Shown: positions 29,722-39,068, counted from the first letter of the stretch. The stretch is DNA of 64,000 nt from Thermoprotei archaeon (GCA_003649205.1 QMRC01000007.1:21937-85936), one strand, 5' to 3'. Notes: generated from the sequence alone by a model not told the origin. Numbers and translations: made by a program.

Positions 29722-30519
29722 GTGCAATTCTGCACATTGAAAGAGCAACAACTCAACAGGTTAAGTACCTCTACTCCAACTCCTTCTCCGGGAACACTCA
29801 TGGGTAAGGTAGTGGTTATTAAGGAGAAGAGCGAGAGCATACCATCGATATTCTTGAAGTCAGTAGTGGGTGTAGTCTGCTTCGTACTATTACTCACGAT
29901 ATCACCAGTGCTAGCAATGCTATCTCTCGGCTCAGCCGCTACCTTCATAGCTTTGAAAAAGATAGTAGGTAGAAAGAGGAAAAGAGAAGATACAGTACCT
30001 GAAGACGAAGATACAGAAGCGCTGAAACTCAACACAAAGAGGAGTAGGGCATTTCACTCAGTAATCAGGCTGAAGCCAGTGAACTTAAGTAAGCTACATA
30101 GACTAGACATGAAGGTGACACTCCTCGTACTTGATCCCAAAGCAAACTACATACTGGTACCTAGAGGACTAGAGTTAACCTGTATAGCACTCATGAAAGT
30201 ACAGACACAGCAACCGCTTGACAGGGATACTATAGCGAAGATCTGCCTCAGTACAGATTGTGAAGTCGAGCCCTCCGAAGTAGTAACACTAGATCACGTA
30301 GGTAATAGCAAGATACCGCTCACACACTACGTACTGGTAGTTAGGTCTAGGAAGGTAACACCAGTAGTGACATCAAACACCGTAGCTGAGTTAATTAGCA
30401 GAGTTAGTCTCGCAATCTCAACACTAACCTCAACAATCATGAGTAGAGACCCCCAAGCAGTGATCGAAGTTCTACCAGCTAGTAGAGTTATTGAGGAACA
30501 GCTACTGATGAGGTGGTGA
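29722..30519 (+). CDS. Hypothetical membrane-anchored protein
   Basis: Hydrophobic hairpin (SIFLKSVVGVVCFVLLLTISPVLAMLSLGSAATFIAL) followed by KKIVGRKRKR; probable ATG at 29800. Confidence 0.7.
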   Translation: MQFCTLKEQQLNRLSTSTPTPSPGTLMGKVVVIKEKSESIPSIFLKSVVGVVCFVLLLTISPVLAMLSLGSAATFIALKKIVGRKRKREDTVPEDEDTEALKLNTKRSRAFHSVIRLKPVNLSKLHRLDMKVTLLVLDPKANYILVPRGLELTCIALMKVQTQQPLDRDTIAKICLSTDCEVEPSEVVTLDHVGNSKIPLTHYVLVVRSRKVTPVVTSNTVAELISRVSLAISTLTSTIMSRDPQAVIEVLPASRVIEEQLLMRW

Positions 30520-30520
30520 C

Positions 30521-31849
30521 ATGAGGATCACCATAGGTTACGAAATTCAGGGTAACGTAGCAGTACGTGAAGCAATGCTAGATCTTAGAGGTGGAGACGT
30601 AATCGGTATCTTCGGTAAGTGTGGTAGTACTACAGTCAAGCAGTTAATCACATCACTTAGTGATCTGTCAGAGGAAATAACCTCCACAGTGATTCTAGAT
30701 AGTGAAGGTACTCTCCGAAACCTCAAAGCACTAAACGAGTACAGGTACACAGTTCTTGGATGGAATGCATCACTACCTCTAATAGAAGTAATTCCCCCAG
30801 GAAAAGACCTCTCATCTAGACTCCTCATGGTAACTGACATCATTGCAGCAGCACTGAATCTCAGCGATATCGAGGCACACATACTTCACAACGCACTCAT
30901 GAAGTACCTAACAAGCAGTAGTCACGAGCTAGATAACCTAATGAAAGCTCTCTCGGAAGAGTACATGAAGTTAAGTCCTGTAGAGAGAACGAGAGCATAC
31001 AACATACTCTCACTAATGAGGGACCTAAAGTACGGTAGACTAGGAGCTACTTTCTCTGAACTACACCACACAGTAAATTTAGAAGAGAGTATGCTCTACG
31101 TAGATACAGCACTAATACCTCCAAGCTACAGACCTCTCATACTATCACTCCTGATGTACTACCTGTATAGTAGAGGTGCTAGGGGTAAGATCATAGTGAT
31201 ACTGAACTTCGGCACTTACCTAAGTGATGTATCGATGAGATCAAAGAGCTTCAGTACCCTACTCACTACGTTACTGATAAACAACGTGACGGTAATACAT
31301 TCAAACTCAATACTAGAGCTCCCTACGTACTTAAGAGAATACATCACATACATAATCCAGCACAGGGTAAACACAAGTACTGAAGCAAGAGCTCTAGCAG
31401 ATTTCTACAAGCTACCTGAAGAAACATTAACGAAGTTGAGAGATCACGAAGCATACCTAGTCGGTAGAGGTCTATGCCTCAAGATTGCGCTATGGCATGA
31501 CATAGTTGAGGAGTTACCTACCTCTAGGTTACCCAGAGAATTACTTACACCCCGTGAACCAGCAGCCCAACCACTGATAAGGGAGGTATTCGGTGATAGA
31601 GCAGAGCTAGTGTACGAGGTACTGAACTACCTAAGGAGAGGTGCAGTTACTAGAGATGAGCTACTCTCCTTCCTAACTGAAGGTATGGGTCTCGATACCA
31701 CATCAGCGGCCAAGCTAATCAATGAGCTATGTGTTCACGGTCTTGTAGAGGACTTCATTGCGAGAGATGGTAGGTACTGGATTAGGCTCTCCATTAGGGG
31801 TCTTGTCTCTGTTGATGAGTATGAGGAGTGGAGAGCAAGAGAGACGTAG
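30521..31849 (+). CDS. Degenerate HerA/FtsK/VirB4-like P-loop protein with C-terminal winged-helix-like domain
   Basis: IGIFGKCGST (eroded Walker A), ILDSEG (cf. DPHGE), IIQHRV, LTKLRDHEAYLV; C-terminal VTRDELL...LINELCVHGLV...RLSIRG. Confidence 0.6.
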   Translation: MRITIGYEIQGNVAVREAMLDLRGGDVIGIFGKCGSTTVKQLITSLSDLSEEITSTVILDSEGTLRNLKALNEYRYTVLGWNASLPLIEVIPPGKDLSSRLLMVTDIIAAALNLSDIEAHILHNALMKYLTSSSHELDNLMKALSEEYMKLSPVERTRAYNILSLMRDLKYGRLGATFSELHHTVNLEESMLYVDTALIPPSYRPLILSLLMYYLYSRGARGKIIVILNFGTYLSDVSMRSKSFSTLLTTLLINNVTVIHSNSILELPTYLREYITYIIQHRVNTSTEARALADFYKLPEETLTKLRDHEAYLVGRGLCLKIALWHDIVEELPTSRLPRELLTPREPAAQPLIREVFGDRAELVYEVLNYLRRGAVTRDELLSFLTEGMGLDTTSAAKLINELCVHGLVEDFIARDGRYWIRLSIRGLVSVDEYEEWRARET

Positions 31850-32283
31850 TGGAGGTGATTTTGATGAATATTAGATGGGACTCTAGTGGACTAGGATTTA
31901 CATGGACTATAGGTATTGTAGGTACAGGTATCCTACGTGGTAGGGTAAGGAGGGTCAGTACTAGGAATGGCGTACGAATAGTGCGGTCAGTGTACCTTGT
32001 ACCAAAGAGGTCGTTAAGAGATGATGCTGGTGAGGAATTACTTACAGAGTGGTATGAACCGCAGGAATTCAGTAAGCTAGTCGACGCAGAACTCAAGTTG
32101 CTCTCCATAGTGCTTGAAGAAAGAAGTAGATCAGGCGACCCTGTTCAGGAGATTAAGCTCGCACTTGCTGACTTGGAGAAGCTCCTCAATCAAGTTGCCC
32201 TCCTTAAAGCTAGATTGGAGAAGTTATTGGAGGTGGTGAGTTATGGGAGGAAGGAGGAGAACTCAAACCACAACTCAAACTAG
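31828..32283 (+). CDS. Hypothetical protein (basic beta-rich N-terminus, C-terminal coiled coil)
   Basis: Overlaps both neighbours; GGAGGTGA RBS-like sequence at ~31851-31858. Confidence 0.7.
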   Translation: MESKRDVVEVILMNIRWDSSGLGFTWTIGIVGTGILRGRVRRVSTRNGVRIVRSVYLVPKRSLRDDAGEELLTEWYEPQEFSKLVDAELKLLSIVLEERSRSGDPVQEIKLALADLEKLLNQVALLKARLEKLLEVVSYGRKEENSNHNSN

Positions 32284-33286
32284 CTCACAGGTTCAGCAGG
32301 TAAGTGAACAGAGATCTGGAGTACAGGAGCTTAAGGTAGTCAGGATACCAATCGAGGAGTTACCTAACACGACGAGAGCTACCATAGAGAAGTTGAAGAG
32401 TGCAGGTATCTACAGCGTTCAGCATCTCTCAATGTTTACGGTAGATGAGCTAGTTATGTACGATGTGACGCCGGAGACAGCAGCTAGGTTACTGAGAAAA
32501 GCAAGAGCACTACTCAAGAGTGAACCACGAGTATTCTCACTCAAGGAGTTCTCAAACTACAAGAGTTCACTACCTAGAGTGAGGATTCACGTAAATGCTA
32601 TAGACAACATGTTGGGAGGAGGTCTAGAACCTAGAGCTATCTACGAATTTGCTGGTGAATTCGGTGCTGGCAAGACACAGCTTTGTCATCAACTAGCTGT
32701 CACAGTTCAACTAAGCTACGATAGAGGTGGCGTAGCAGGAGCGGCGCTGTACATAGATACTGAAGGTACCTTTACACCCTCTAGAATAAAGTCAATAGCA
32801 GAGAGATTTGGGCTAGATCTCGACTACGTATTCTCAAACATCTACGTAACACAACCGAAGACTGTTGACGATTTACTTGAGTGTATTAGGACAGATGTCG
32901 TTAGGTACGTAGAGGACCACAACGTCAAGCTAATAATAGTTGACTCATTAATAGGTCTCTTCAGAGCTGAGTACCCTGGAAGGGAGAATCTAGCTCTAAG
33001 ACAGCAGAGACTGAACTACGCTCTAGACTGGCTCTCGAGAGTAGCCAAGACCTACAACATCTTCGTAGTGATCACGAATCAGGTAATGGATGTACCAATG
33101 GGATTTGGTTCACAGAAACCAGCTGGTGGAAACATCATGGCACATGGTGCAACACATAGATTCCTACTATACAAAGTCGGTAGGGAATCAGGTCTAAGAG
33201 CAATGGAAGTGCTTGACTCACCAGCACTACCTGAGGGACTTACTGTCAAGTTCAGAATAACTGAAAGAGGGTTAGAGGATGTCTAG
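32243..33286 (+). CDS. radA: DNA repair and recombination protein RadA
   Basis: N-terminal HhH, GEFGAGKTQLCHQL, YIDTEGTF, IVDS, FRAEYPGRENLA.RQQ, TNQV, GGNIMAH, DSP.LPE. Confidence 0.9.
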   Translation: MGGRRRTQTTTQTSSQVQQVSEQRSGVQELKVVRIPIEELPNTTRATIEKLKSAGIYSVQHLSMFTVDELVMYDVTPETAARLLRKARALLKSEPRVFSLKEFSNYKSSLPRVRIHVNAIDNMLGGGLEPRAIYEFAGEFGAGKTQLCHQLAVTVQLSYDRGGVAGAALYIDTEGTFTPSRIKSIAERFGLDLDYVFSNIYVTQPKTVDDLLECIRTDVVRYVEDHNVKLIIVDSLIGLFRAEYPGRENLALRQQRLNYALDWLSRVAKTYNIFVVITNQVMDVPMGFGSQKPAGGNIMAHGATHRFLLYKVGRESGLRAMEVLDSPALPEGLTVKFRITERGLEDV

Positions 33287-33620
33287 AGTAGACATACCAC
33301 CAAAGATACTGCAGAAGTTCAGAGAGATGTTTCCGAATAAGAGTACATCGTGGATAAGGAGGTGCATAGCGAGATTACCAGATGTCGTTGAGGGTAAGGT
33401 AAGAGGTGTCTGGTTTGTTCGTGGTAATGCTAAGCTTGGTGATGCGTATTCACAGTACATAGTGAAGTACATTGCTGGTAAGTACATGTGTAGCTGTATG
33501 GAGAGAGAAAGACCGTACCACAGTAGGAGAAGAAAGGAGCTGTGCACACATGTTGGTGCGGTAATCCTGTATAGGTTACTGAAGGGTGAGACTATATGCG
33601 AGACAGAGGTCTCATCCTGA
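33279..33620 (+). CDS. SWIM zinc-finger protein
   Basis: W.V.G...Y.V...YMCSC-x15-CTH.GAV. Confidence 0.85.
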   Translation: MSRVDIPPKILQKFREMFPNKSTSWIRRCIARLPDVVEGKVRGVWFVRGNAKLGDAYSQYIVKYIAGKYMCSCMERERPYHSRRRKELCTHVGAVILYRLLKGETICETEVSS

Positions 33621-34087
33621 TCTACGGTAATCCAAAGAGGATACTGAAGAAGCTAGTAACAGCACTACAGAGAGAATCTGCACTACTGTTAACCGATAGC
33701 GAGAACTATGCAGCAGTACCATATGAGGAAAGCGATCTCAAGATAGCTATTGTCGATGTATTAGAGCATGTACCTGAGGTACTGAGTAAGGAAGCTAGAA
33801 AGGTAAACGTAGTGTGCACACCATCAATACTCAGCAAGGTTGTTAGAGAGTTCTACAGCTACGTAAGGAGTTCACCTAGTGGAAGTTACCTAGGAATATA
33901 CTACGTCAAGCTACTTAGAGAGGTTCTCGAAAGAATTCGAGCAATAACGTACTCGAGAAGGTTACTCACAATTGTCGTAGCACCTTCACGAATAAATCCA
34001 GTAACAGGTCAGGAGTACCCTGTACTACATTGGTTAGTTCAGAGGTACTTCGATGAGGTACTTCATGAACAACACGTGATGGTGTGA
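33596..34087 (+). CDS. Small RecA-fold (RadB-like) protein lacking the P-loop GKT
   Basis: GLILIYG, LLTDSEN (cf. YIDTE), VVCTPSI (cf. IVDS), helix then LLTIVVAP (cf. VVITNQ), EYPV (cf. KPAGG). Confidence 0.6.
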   Translation: MRDRGLILIYGNPKRILKKLVTALQRESALLLTDSENYAAVPYEESDLKIAIVDVLEHVPEVLSKEARKVNVVCTPSILSKVVREFYSYVRSSPSGSYLGIYYVKLLREVLERIRAITYSRRLLTIVVAPSRINPVTGQEYPVLHWLVQRYFDEVLHEQHVMV

Positions 34088-34088
34088 G

Positions 34089-34586
34089 GTGATTGATCTG
34101 TCTAAGGCGGGGAAGAACAACACAGTCGACATATACATATGTCCAATATGTGGTAAGACTTTCAGCAAGGAAAGCAGTTTAGCGCATCACATAACTAGAG
34201 CACATGGAACATACAAGCTAATTGTTGATGCAGGTAAATTCATCACTAGATTAGAGAAGGTTGAGAGAACACTCGCTAGAGTAGAGAGAGCAGTATCTCA
34301 ACTACTTGAGCAAATTAAAACCCTAAATGGTAAGCTTGAGGAAGTCTCAACATCGATATCCGAGCTACAGAAGCAATTACAGGAGGTACCTCAGATAACG
34401 GTCATGGCTCCTAAAGTAACACTTGTAACTCAAGAAGCTAAGGCACTGAAGACCGAATTAGCTACATCAATCAAGAGACTTGACCTACATAGCGCAGACA
34501 CCATAGAGATACCAGACTACATCCTGGACAATCCATGGTTAAAAGTTCTCCAGCAAAAACCAAGAGAAGGCAACTTAAATTCCTAA
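34089..34586 (+). CDS. C2H2 zinc-finger / coiled-coil protein
   Basis: YICPICGKTFSKESSLAHHITRAH, heptad region, C-terminal IPDYILDNPWL. Confidence 0.8.
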   Translation: MIDLSKAGKNNTVDIYICPICGKTFSKESSLAHHITRAHGTYKLIVDAGKFITRLEKVERTLARVERAVSQLLEQIKTLNGKLEEVSTSISELQKQLQEVPQITVMAPKVTLVTQEAKALKTELATSIKRLDLHSADTIEIPDYILDNPWLKVLQQKPREGNLNS

Positions 34587-34604
34587 ATTTTGAACAATAT
34601 CTCT

Positions 34605-36779
34605 TTACGAGTATAGAAACGTAAGTGATGCCAGCACTAGATATACGAGCTGTGAAGCTACTAGTCCAATACCAATCATGTAAAGGATCACTGACAATGT
34701 CAACCTTACACTACGTGACTCCTGATATATCACAGCTATTGTTGGTAGACAAGGTACGTAAAGCGTGAAGAAAACCAGAAACGCCATCAAGCTAGGTAGA
34801 GTGAAGCCAAGTGCTCTCAATGCTTCATCAATACTCACTCCACCATATAGTAATGACGTAGCCTCCAAGAAGGCCTCCTTCGCTATAAATCCATGAAGTA
34901 GTGCAAAACCTACCTTCCACGCTTTTTCAGCGTCAAGACCATACAGCACAGAAATTACTGGAGCTAGTAGCTTCCCAAGTAATGCACCATAGGTCTTCTC
35001 AATACCTACACCATACCCCTCTGGACCATAGCTCAGCAACATCCACGTGACGATACTCAAGCCAACTATTATGATACCTGCCTTCCTTAGGAAGTGCTTA
35101 CTGTAATCCCAAGTCAACCACCACAGTACCTTACCTGAAGGTCTGTGAATTGGAGGTAGCTCAATAACCAGTTCCGGTGGCTCCTTCCTACGGTACACGA
35201 CTCTCCTAGTGAGAATTGATGTGAGGAGTGCTACAAGGAAGGATATGGCGTAGAGCGATAGAAGTGCAAGTGCTTGCCCTAGTGGGTTCTTAATGTATGT
35301 AGTGACAAATGCTAAGATAACAACTAACCTTGCTTGACAAGGAATGAATGGTACAGAAACTATCAATTGCCTCCTCTCCTCTTCCTCAAGTGCTGTCCTA
35401 GATGCCAGTACAGCAGGTAGGTTACATCCGAGACCTATCATGAATGGGTAAATAGCTCTACCACTTAACCCAAATCTACTGAAGAAGTTGTGGAATGAGA
35501 TAGCGAAGCGTGGTGCTAATCCACTATCCTCTAGCGTAGCTATGAGTAGAGAGATCAACATTATCAGTGGCAGGAATGAGAGAATAGCACCAACACCTGG
35601 AATAACACCATCAACTATTAACGACGTCACTTGTGGTCCAAGACACGTCTTGAGAAGTGGTTCAAGAAGTGTACTTAGGTACGTAAATCCTAGACCAAGC
35701 AATCCCGATATGCTGTACTCCTCAATTAACTCAGCTAATTCACTAAACCCTAAGTAGCTAAGAAGTACATTGAATGGAAATCCCGTATTCACAGCAAATA
35801 TCAGAGAGAACAGTATGAGAAGGGATATGAAACTGACTACAGGACCCATCAGTGGGTGCTGAATTAACCTATCGAGAAGCGCAGTAGCTAACTCAGTTAG
35901 GCTAAGTTCCTCGTACCTACGTGCTTTCTTCTCAACACGAACAACGACATCGCCTAGGAGAGAGTCTATGAACTTGAATCTCTGAGCTACAAATAACTCC
36001 ATTAACTCTCTACCATAGGTTCTAGCTAATGACTCGCGAATCCTCCTAACTCCATGAACTACCTCATCTTCACCAAGTAACTCAAGCTCCTTCTCCAGCT
36101 CTGGATCACCTTCGAGAAGTCTAATAGCCAACCACCTAAGAGGGTACTTCCTGGAGAGAGCTGACTTAGACAGTACCCTCTCCACATCGGATATAGTAGA
36201 CTCAAGAAAAGACCCATAGTTAACCCTAATAGGCTCTCTCCTACACCTCCTACCCTCGGCAACATCAATTATCGCATCGAGTAATTCTCTCAAGCCATAT
36301 CCCTTAATAGCGGATACAGGAACTACAGGAACAGAGAGCTTACTTTCAAGTCTATCTACGTGGATGTGAATGCCTAAACTATGTGTGAGGTCTGATTTCG
36401 TCAACGCAATGACGACTTTAGGCGTTAACTCAAGTACCTGAATAGCTAGGTACATTGTCCTCTCTACAGCTGTTGAATCAACGAGCACCAAAACGAGATC
36501 AGGTTTCTCCTCCACGATGTACTTCCTAGCAATAACCTCTTCAGTGGTGGAAGCTGATAAACCGTAGATACCGGGTAGATCAACAAATCGAATAATCTTG
36601 CCCTTATATTCACGAACTCCCTCCTTTCTCTCAACGGTTGTTCCAGGCCAATTAGCTACATGAGATATCTCACCAGTGAGTACGTTAAATAGCGTTGACT
36701 TACCAACATTTGGCTGCCCAATAACGCCAACAACTATCTCACGTTCTCTTCCACTGTTCTTACCCGTGGTAACCACCAT
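34605..36779 (-). CDS. feoB: Ferrous iron transporter FeoB
   Basis: GQPNVGKST, NWPGTTV, DLPG, LEDSG, GLGCN, IPCQAR, YVPC; probable ATG at 36779. Confidence 0.95.
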   Translation of the reverse strand: MVVTTGKNSGREREIVVGVIGQPNVGKSTLFNVLTGEISHVANWPGTTVERKEGVREYKGKIIRFVDLPGIYGLSASTTEEVIARKYIVEEKPDLVLVLVDSTAVERTMYLAIQVLELTPKVVIALTKSDLTHSLGIHIHVDRLESKLSVPVVPVSAIKGYGLRELLDAIIDVAEGRRCRREPIRVNYGSFLESTISDVERVLSKSALSRKYPLRWLAIRLLEGDPELEKELELLGEDEVVHGVRRIRESLARTYGRELMELFVAQRFKFIDSLLGDVVVRVEKKARRYEELSLTELATALLDRLIQHPLMGPVVSFISLLILFSLIFAVNTGFPFNVLLSYLGFSELAELIEEYSISGLLGLGFTYLSTLLEPLLKTCLGPQVTSLIVDGVIPGVGAILSFLPLIMLISLLIATLEDSGLAPRFAISFHNFFSRFGLSGRAIYPFMIGLGCNLPAVLASRTALEEEERRQLIVSVPFIPCQARLVVILAFVTTYIKNPLGQALALLSLYAISFLVALLTSILTRRVVYRRKEPPELVIELPPIHRPSGKVLWWLTWDYSKHFLRKAGIIIVGLSIVTWMLLSYGPEGYGVGIEKTYGALLGKLLAPVISVLYGLDAEKAWKVGFALLHGFIAKEAFLEATSLLYGGVSIDEALRALGFTLPSLMAFLVFFTLYVPCLPTIAVIYQESRSVRLTLSVILYMIGIGLVASQLVYLVLASLTFLYS

Positions 36780-36816
36780 GAGTTTGACATATACAACATT
36801 TAATAAACATTTCCAC

Positions 36817-37050
36817 TTACTTGAGCACTTCAACCAGAATCTTCTTAGCAATACCCCTACTCAGGGCAATCTCAACACCTCTAACCTCAATCACGAGAGG
36901 TCCCCTACCACTATTGTCAAGAACCTTAACCTCACTACCAGGTACCAACCCCATCTGCATAAGTCTTCTATTAATTCCGTAACCTACATCGAGAGCAATG
37001 ACCCTACATCGAGTACCTGGAGGTACCATATCTAAAGCAGTTGTAGTCAT
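36817..37050 (-). CDS. feoA: FeoA protein
   Basis: RRLMQMGLVPG, GPLVIEVRG, IALSRGIA. Confidence 0.93.
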   Translation of the reverse strand: MTTTALDMVPPGTRCRVIALDVGYGINRRLMQMGLVPGSEVKVLDNSGRGPLVIEVRGVEIALSRGIAKKILVEVLK

Positions 37051-37766
37051 GGAGACCTCACCTCAGACACAATGAGTAGCCTAGCATGTTCAACAGGTAA
37101 CTTAACGAGACGACAAGTACCATTACTCTTAATCTCAAGCTCGAGAAATCTCCGACCAACACCTCGAATACTAAATACACACCCAGTAACAAGTCCAAGC
37201 CTAGTAAGCTCATGTAGTGCCCTTGTCAGCTCACCTAGTATCCTAACAACAGTAAACACCTTACCTACACTTACCGTGCTAATCTCAGCTAGATTACTAC
37301 CACATCTCTTCTCCTCTCCTCTACCAGGTACAGGGTTGCCATGTGGACAGGATACTGGGTAATGTAGATAACTATCAATCCTCCTAATGACCTCGCTTGG
37401 AACATGCTCTAGTGAATGAGCAACAACGTGTGTGCTGTATAGATCAAGACCAAGCACTCTATAGAGGAAGCATTCCGAGACCCTGTGCTTGTATAGTACA
37501 CCTAGCGCTATTTCACGACCCCTATCAGTTAACTTCGCACCACCATACCTAGTCCACTCAACGTACCCAAGCTCATGGAGCTTCTTCAACATCTTAGATG
37601 CTGTTGAATACGTAACCTCTAGCTCACTAGCTAAGTGTGAAGTCCTGACAATACCATAAATCTCTTCGAGACGGTACATTGTCGATAAGTAATCCTCAAT
37701 AGTGTTTCTAGTCTGAGAGCTAATGTTGTGTAGCGAGGTCATCCATGGGTTAGATATGGGAAACAA
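37047..37766 (-). CDS. DtxR/MntR-family metal-dependent regulator
   Basis: EDYL, HTH, KHR..E.FL, LEH, CPHGNPVP, FeoA-like C-terminal domain. Confidence 0.92.
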   Translation of the reverse strand: MFPISNPWMTSLHNISSQTRNTIEDYLSTMYRLEEIYGIVRTSHLASELEVTYSTASKMLKKLHELGYVEWTRYGGAKLTDRGREIALGVLYKHRVSECFLYRVLGLDLYSTHVVAHSLEHVPSEVIRRIDSYLHYPVSCPHGNPVPGRGEEKRCGSNLAEISTVSVGKVFTVVRILGELTRALHELTRLGLVTGCVFSIRGVGRRFLELEIKSNGTCRLVKLPVEHARLLIVSEVRSP

Positions 37767-37775
37767 CTTATAAGG

Positions 37776-38987
37776 TTACTCTAGGTTTAGCGAAGTTCTC
37801 TTCTCACTAAGTACAGAAACCATGAATGCCAGTGAGCAAGCAGATATAGCAAATGCTATGGTTGCTCTGTAGTTGAGAACTTCAGCTAGAAATCCACCAA
37901 TAATAGAACCTATCGTGGCAGCTAAGCTAAGTGATGTATTTAGGAGACCTAGTGCTGTACCCCTTATGCTAGCACCTACTACTCTAATTAATGAAATCTC
38001 AGCACCAACAAGTAGTAAAGACCAACCCACACCTAGAAGCACCTGAATAGGTATCACCAGTACAGCTGTTGGTGTGAGCATGTAACCTACGAAGACTAGT
38101 AGTGAGAAGAGTGTACCGAGAGTAAGGGTTCTAAGACCATACCTATAAGCAAGTTCTGAAGCTCTCTTCATGAATAGTGCTGACACCAAAGTGCTAACAG
38201 CAGCAGAGATGCCAATCACAACATTGTTACCACCTAAGTACCTTATGTAGAGTGGGTATATTGCCCATACAGCACAGGCACCGGTATGCCTCAAGAATAT
38301 GGTTATGTAAATTGATGTCGCTATCCTAGACTTAATTACGGTTCCTAATGCGCTAAGAAAGCTAGTATTGAGACCTTCGTTCGCTTTACCATAATTGAGT
38401 GAATAGGTTCTGGATGATATGATTAAGGATATGAGAGGTACTGAGAGCAGTAGTGCAGAGAGGGTGAAGGTCATAGCTAGACTAAATAACTCAGCAACTA
38501 TACCACCAACAATACTACCGATGAAGGACCCCATGGAGTAAAATAACTCTATGATACCTATACCCCTAGTAATGCCGAAGAATTCAACAGCAATAGTACG
38601 AATTAGTGGAGCTAGTGAAGCCATAGCGATACCTTGAAATATTCTAGCAAAGAGCATTGAGAGAAATGAAGCATTTAAAACGATGACTGTACATGAGAGT
38701 ATATTAAGTGAGATAGCTAACATCAGTAACCACCTAGCTCCCTTCACTCTATCAGTAATCCAACCGAGGAAAACAGCAAAGAAAGAAGTCACTATGTAGA
38801 ACGTTGAAAAGATAATACCGATGCCGAGTTCAGTGATACCACTATCCTTAGCATAGAGAGGTAGAAAGTCAAAGAAAACAGCGTACATGAATGCTGTTGT
38901 GAATGCAATAAGCACTATACCAACTCTCTCACTTAGAAATTCCAATCCATACCTCTTCAGCAACCATATTACATTTGTAAAGCCCAT
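37776..38987 (-). CDS. MFS transporter
   Basis: ~12 TM helices, GWITDRVKG, ARIFQG, RGTALG. Confidence 0.88.
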   Translation of the reverse strand: MGFTNVIWLLKRYGLEFLSERVGIVLIAFTTAFMYAVFFDFLPLYAKDSGITELGIGIIFSTFYIVTSFFAVFLGWITDRVKGARWLLMLAISLNILSCTVIVLNASFLSMLFARIFQGIAMASLAPLIRTIAVEFFGITRGIGIIELFYSMGSFIGSIVGGIVAELFSLAMTFTLSALLLSVPLISLIISSRTYSLNYGKANEGLNTSFLSALGTVIKSRIATSIYITIFLRHTGACAVWAIYPLYIRYLGGNNVVIGISAAVSTLVSALFMKRASELAYRYGLRTLTLGTLFSLLVFVGYMLTPTAVLVIPIQVLLGVGWSLLLVGAEISLIRVVGASIRGTALGLLNTSLSLAATIGSIIGGFLAEVLNYRATIAFAISACSLAFMVSVLSEKRTSLNLE

Positions 38988-39068
38988 GAAGGTTCAAGGA
39001 CTTAGGTTAGTACCTGTGTAAAATTTAAAAATTGCCCAAATGACAGCGGAGAATACACTAGGTGATAC

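Noticed and set aside
22498-34586. Locus as an integrated element or defence island (e.g. Sir2-HerA, Wadjet)
   Set aside because: No integrase, att repeats or compositional break; NurA/HerA/Mre11/Rad50 look like housekeeping types and no defence effector is present
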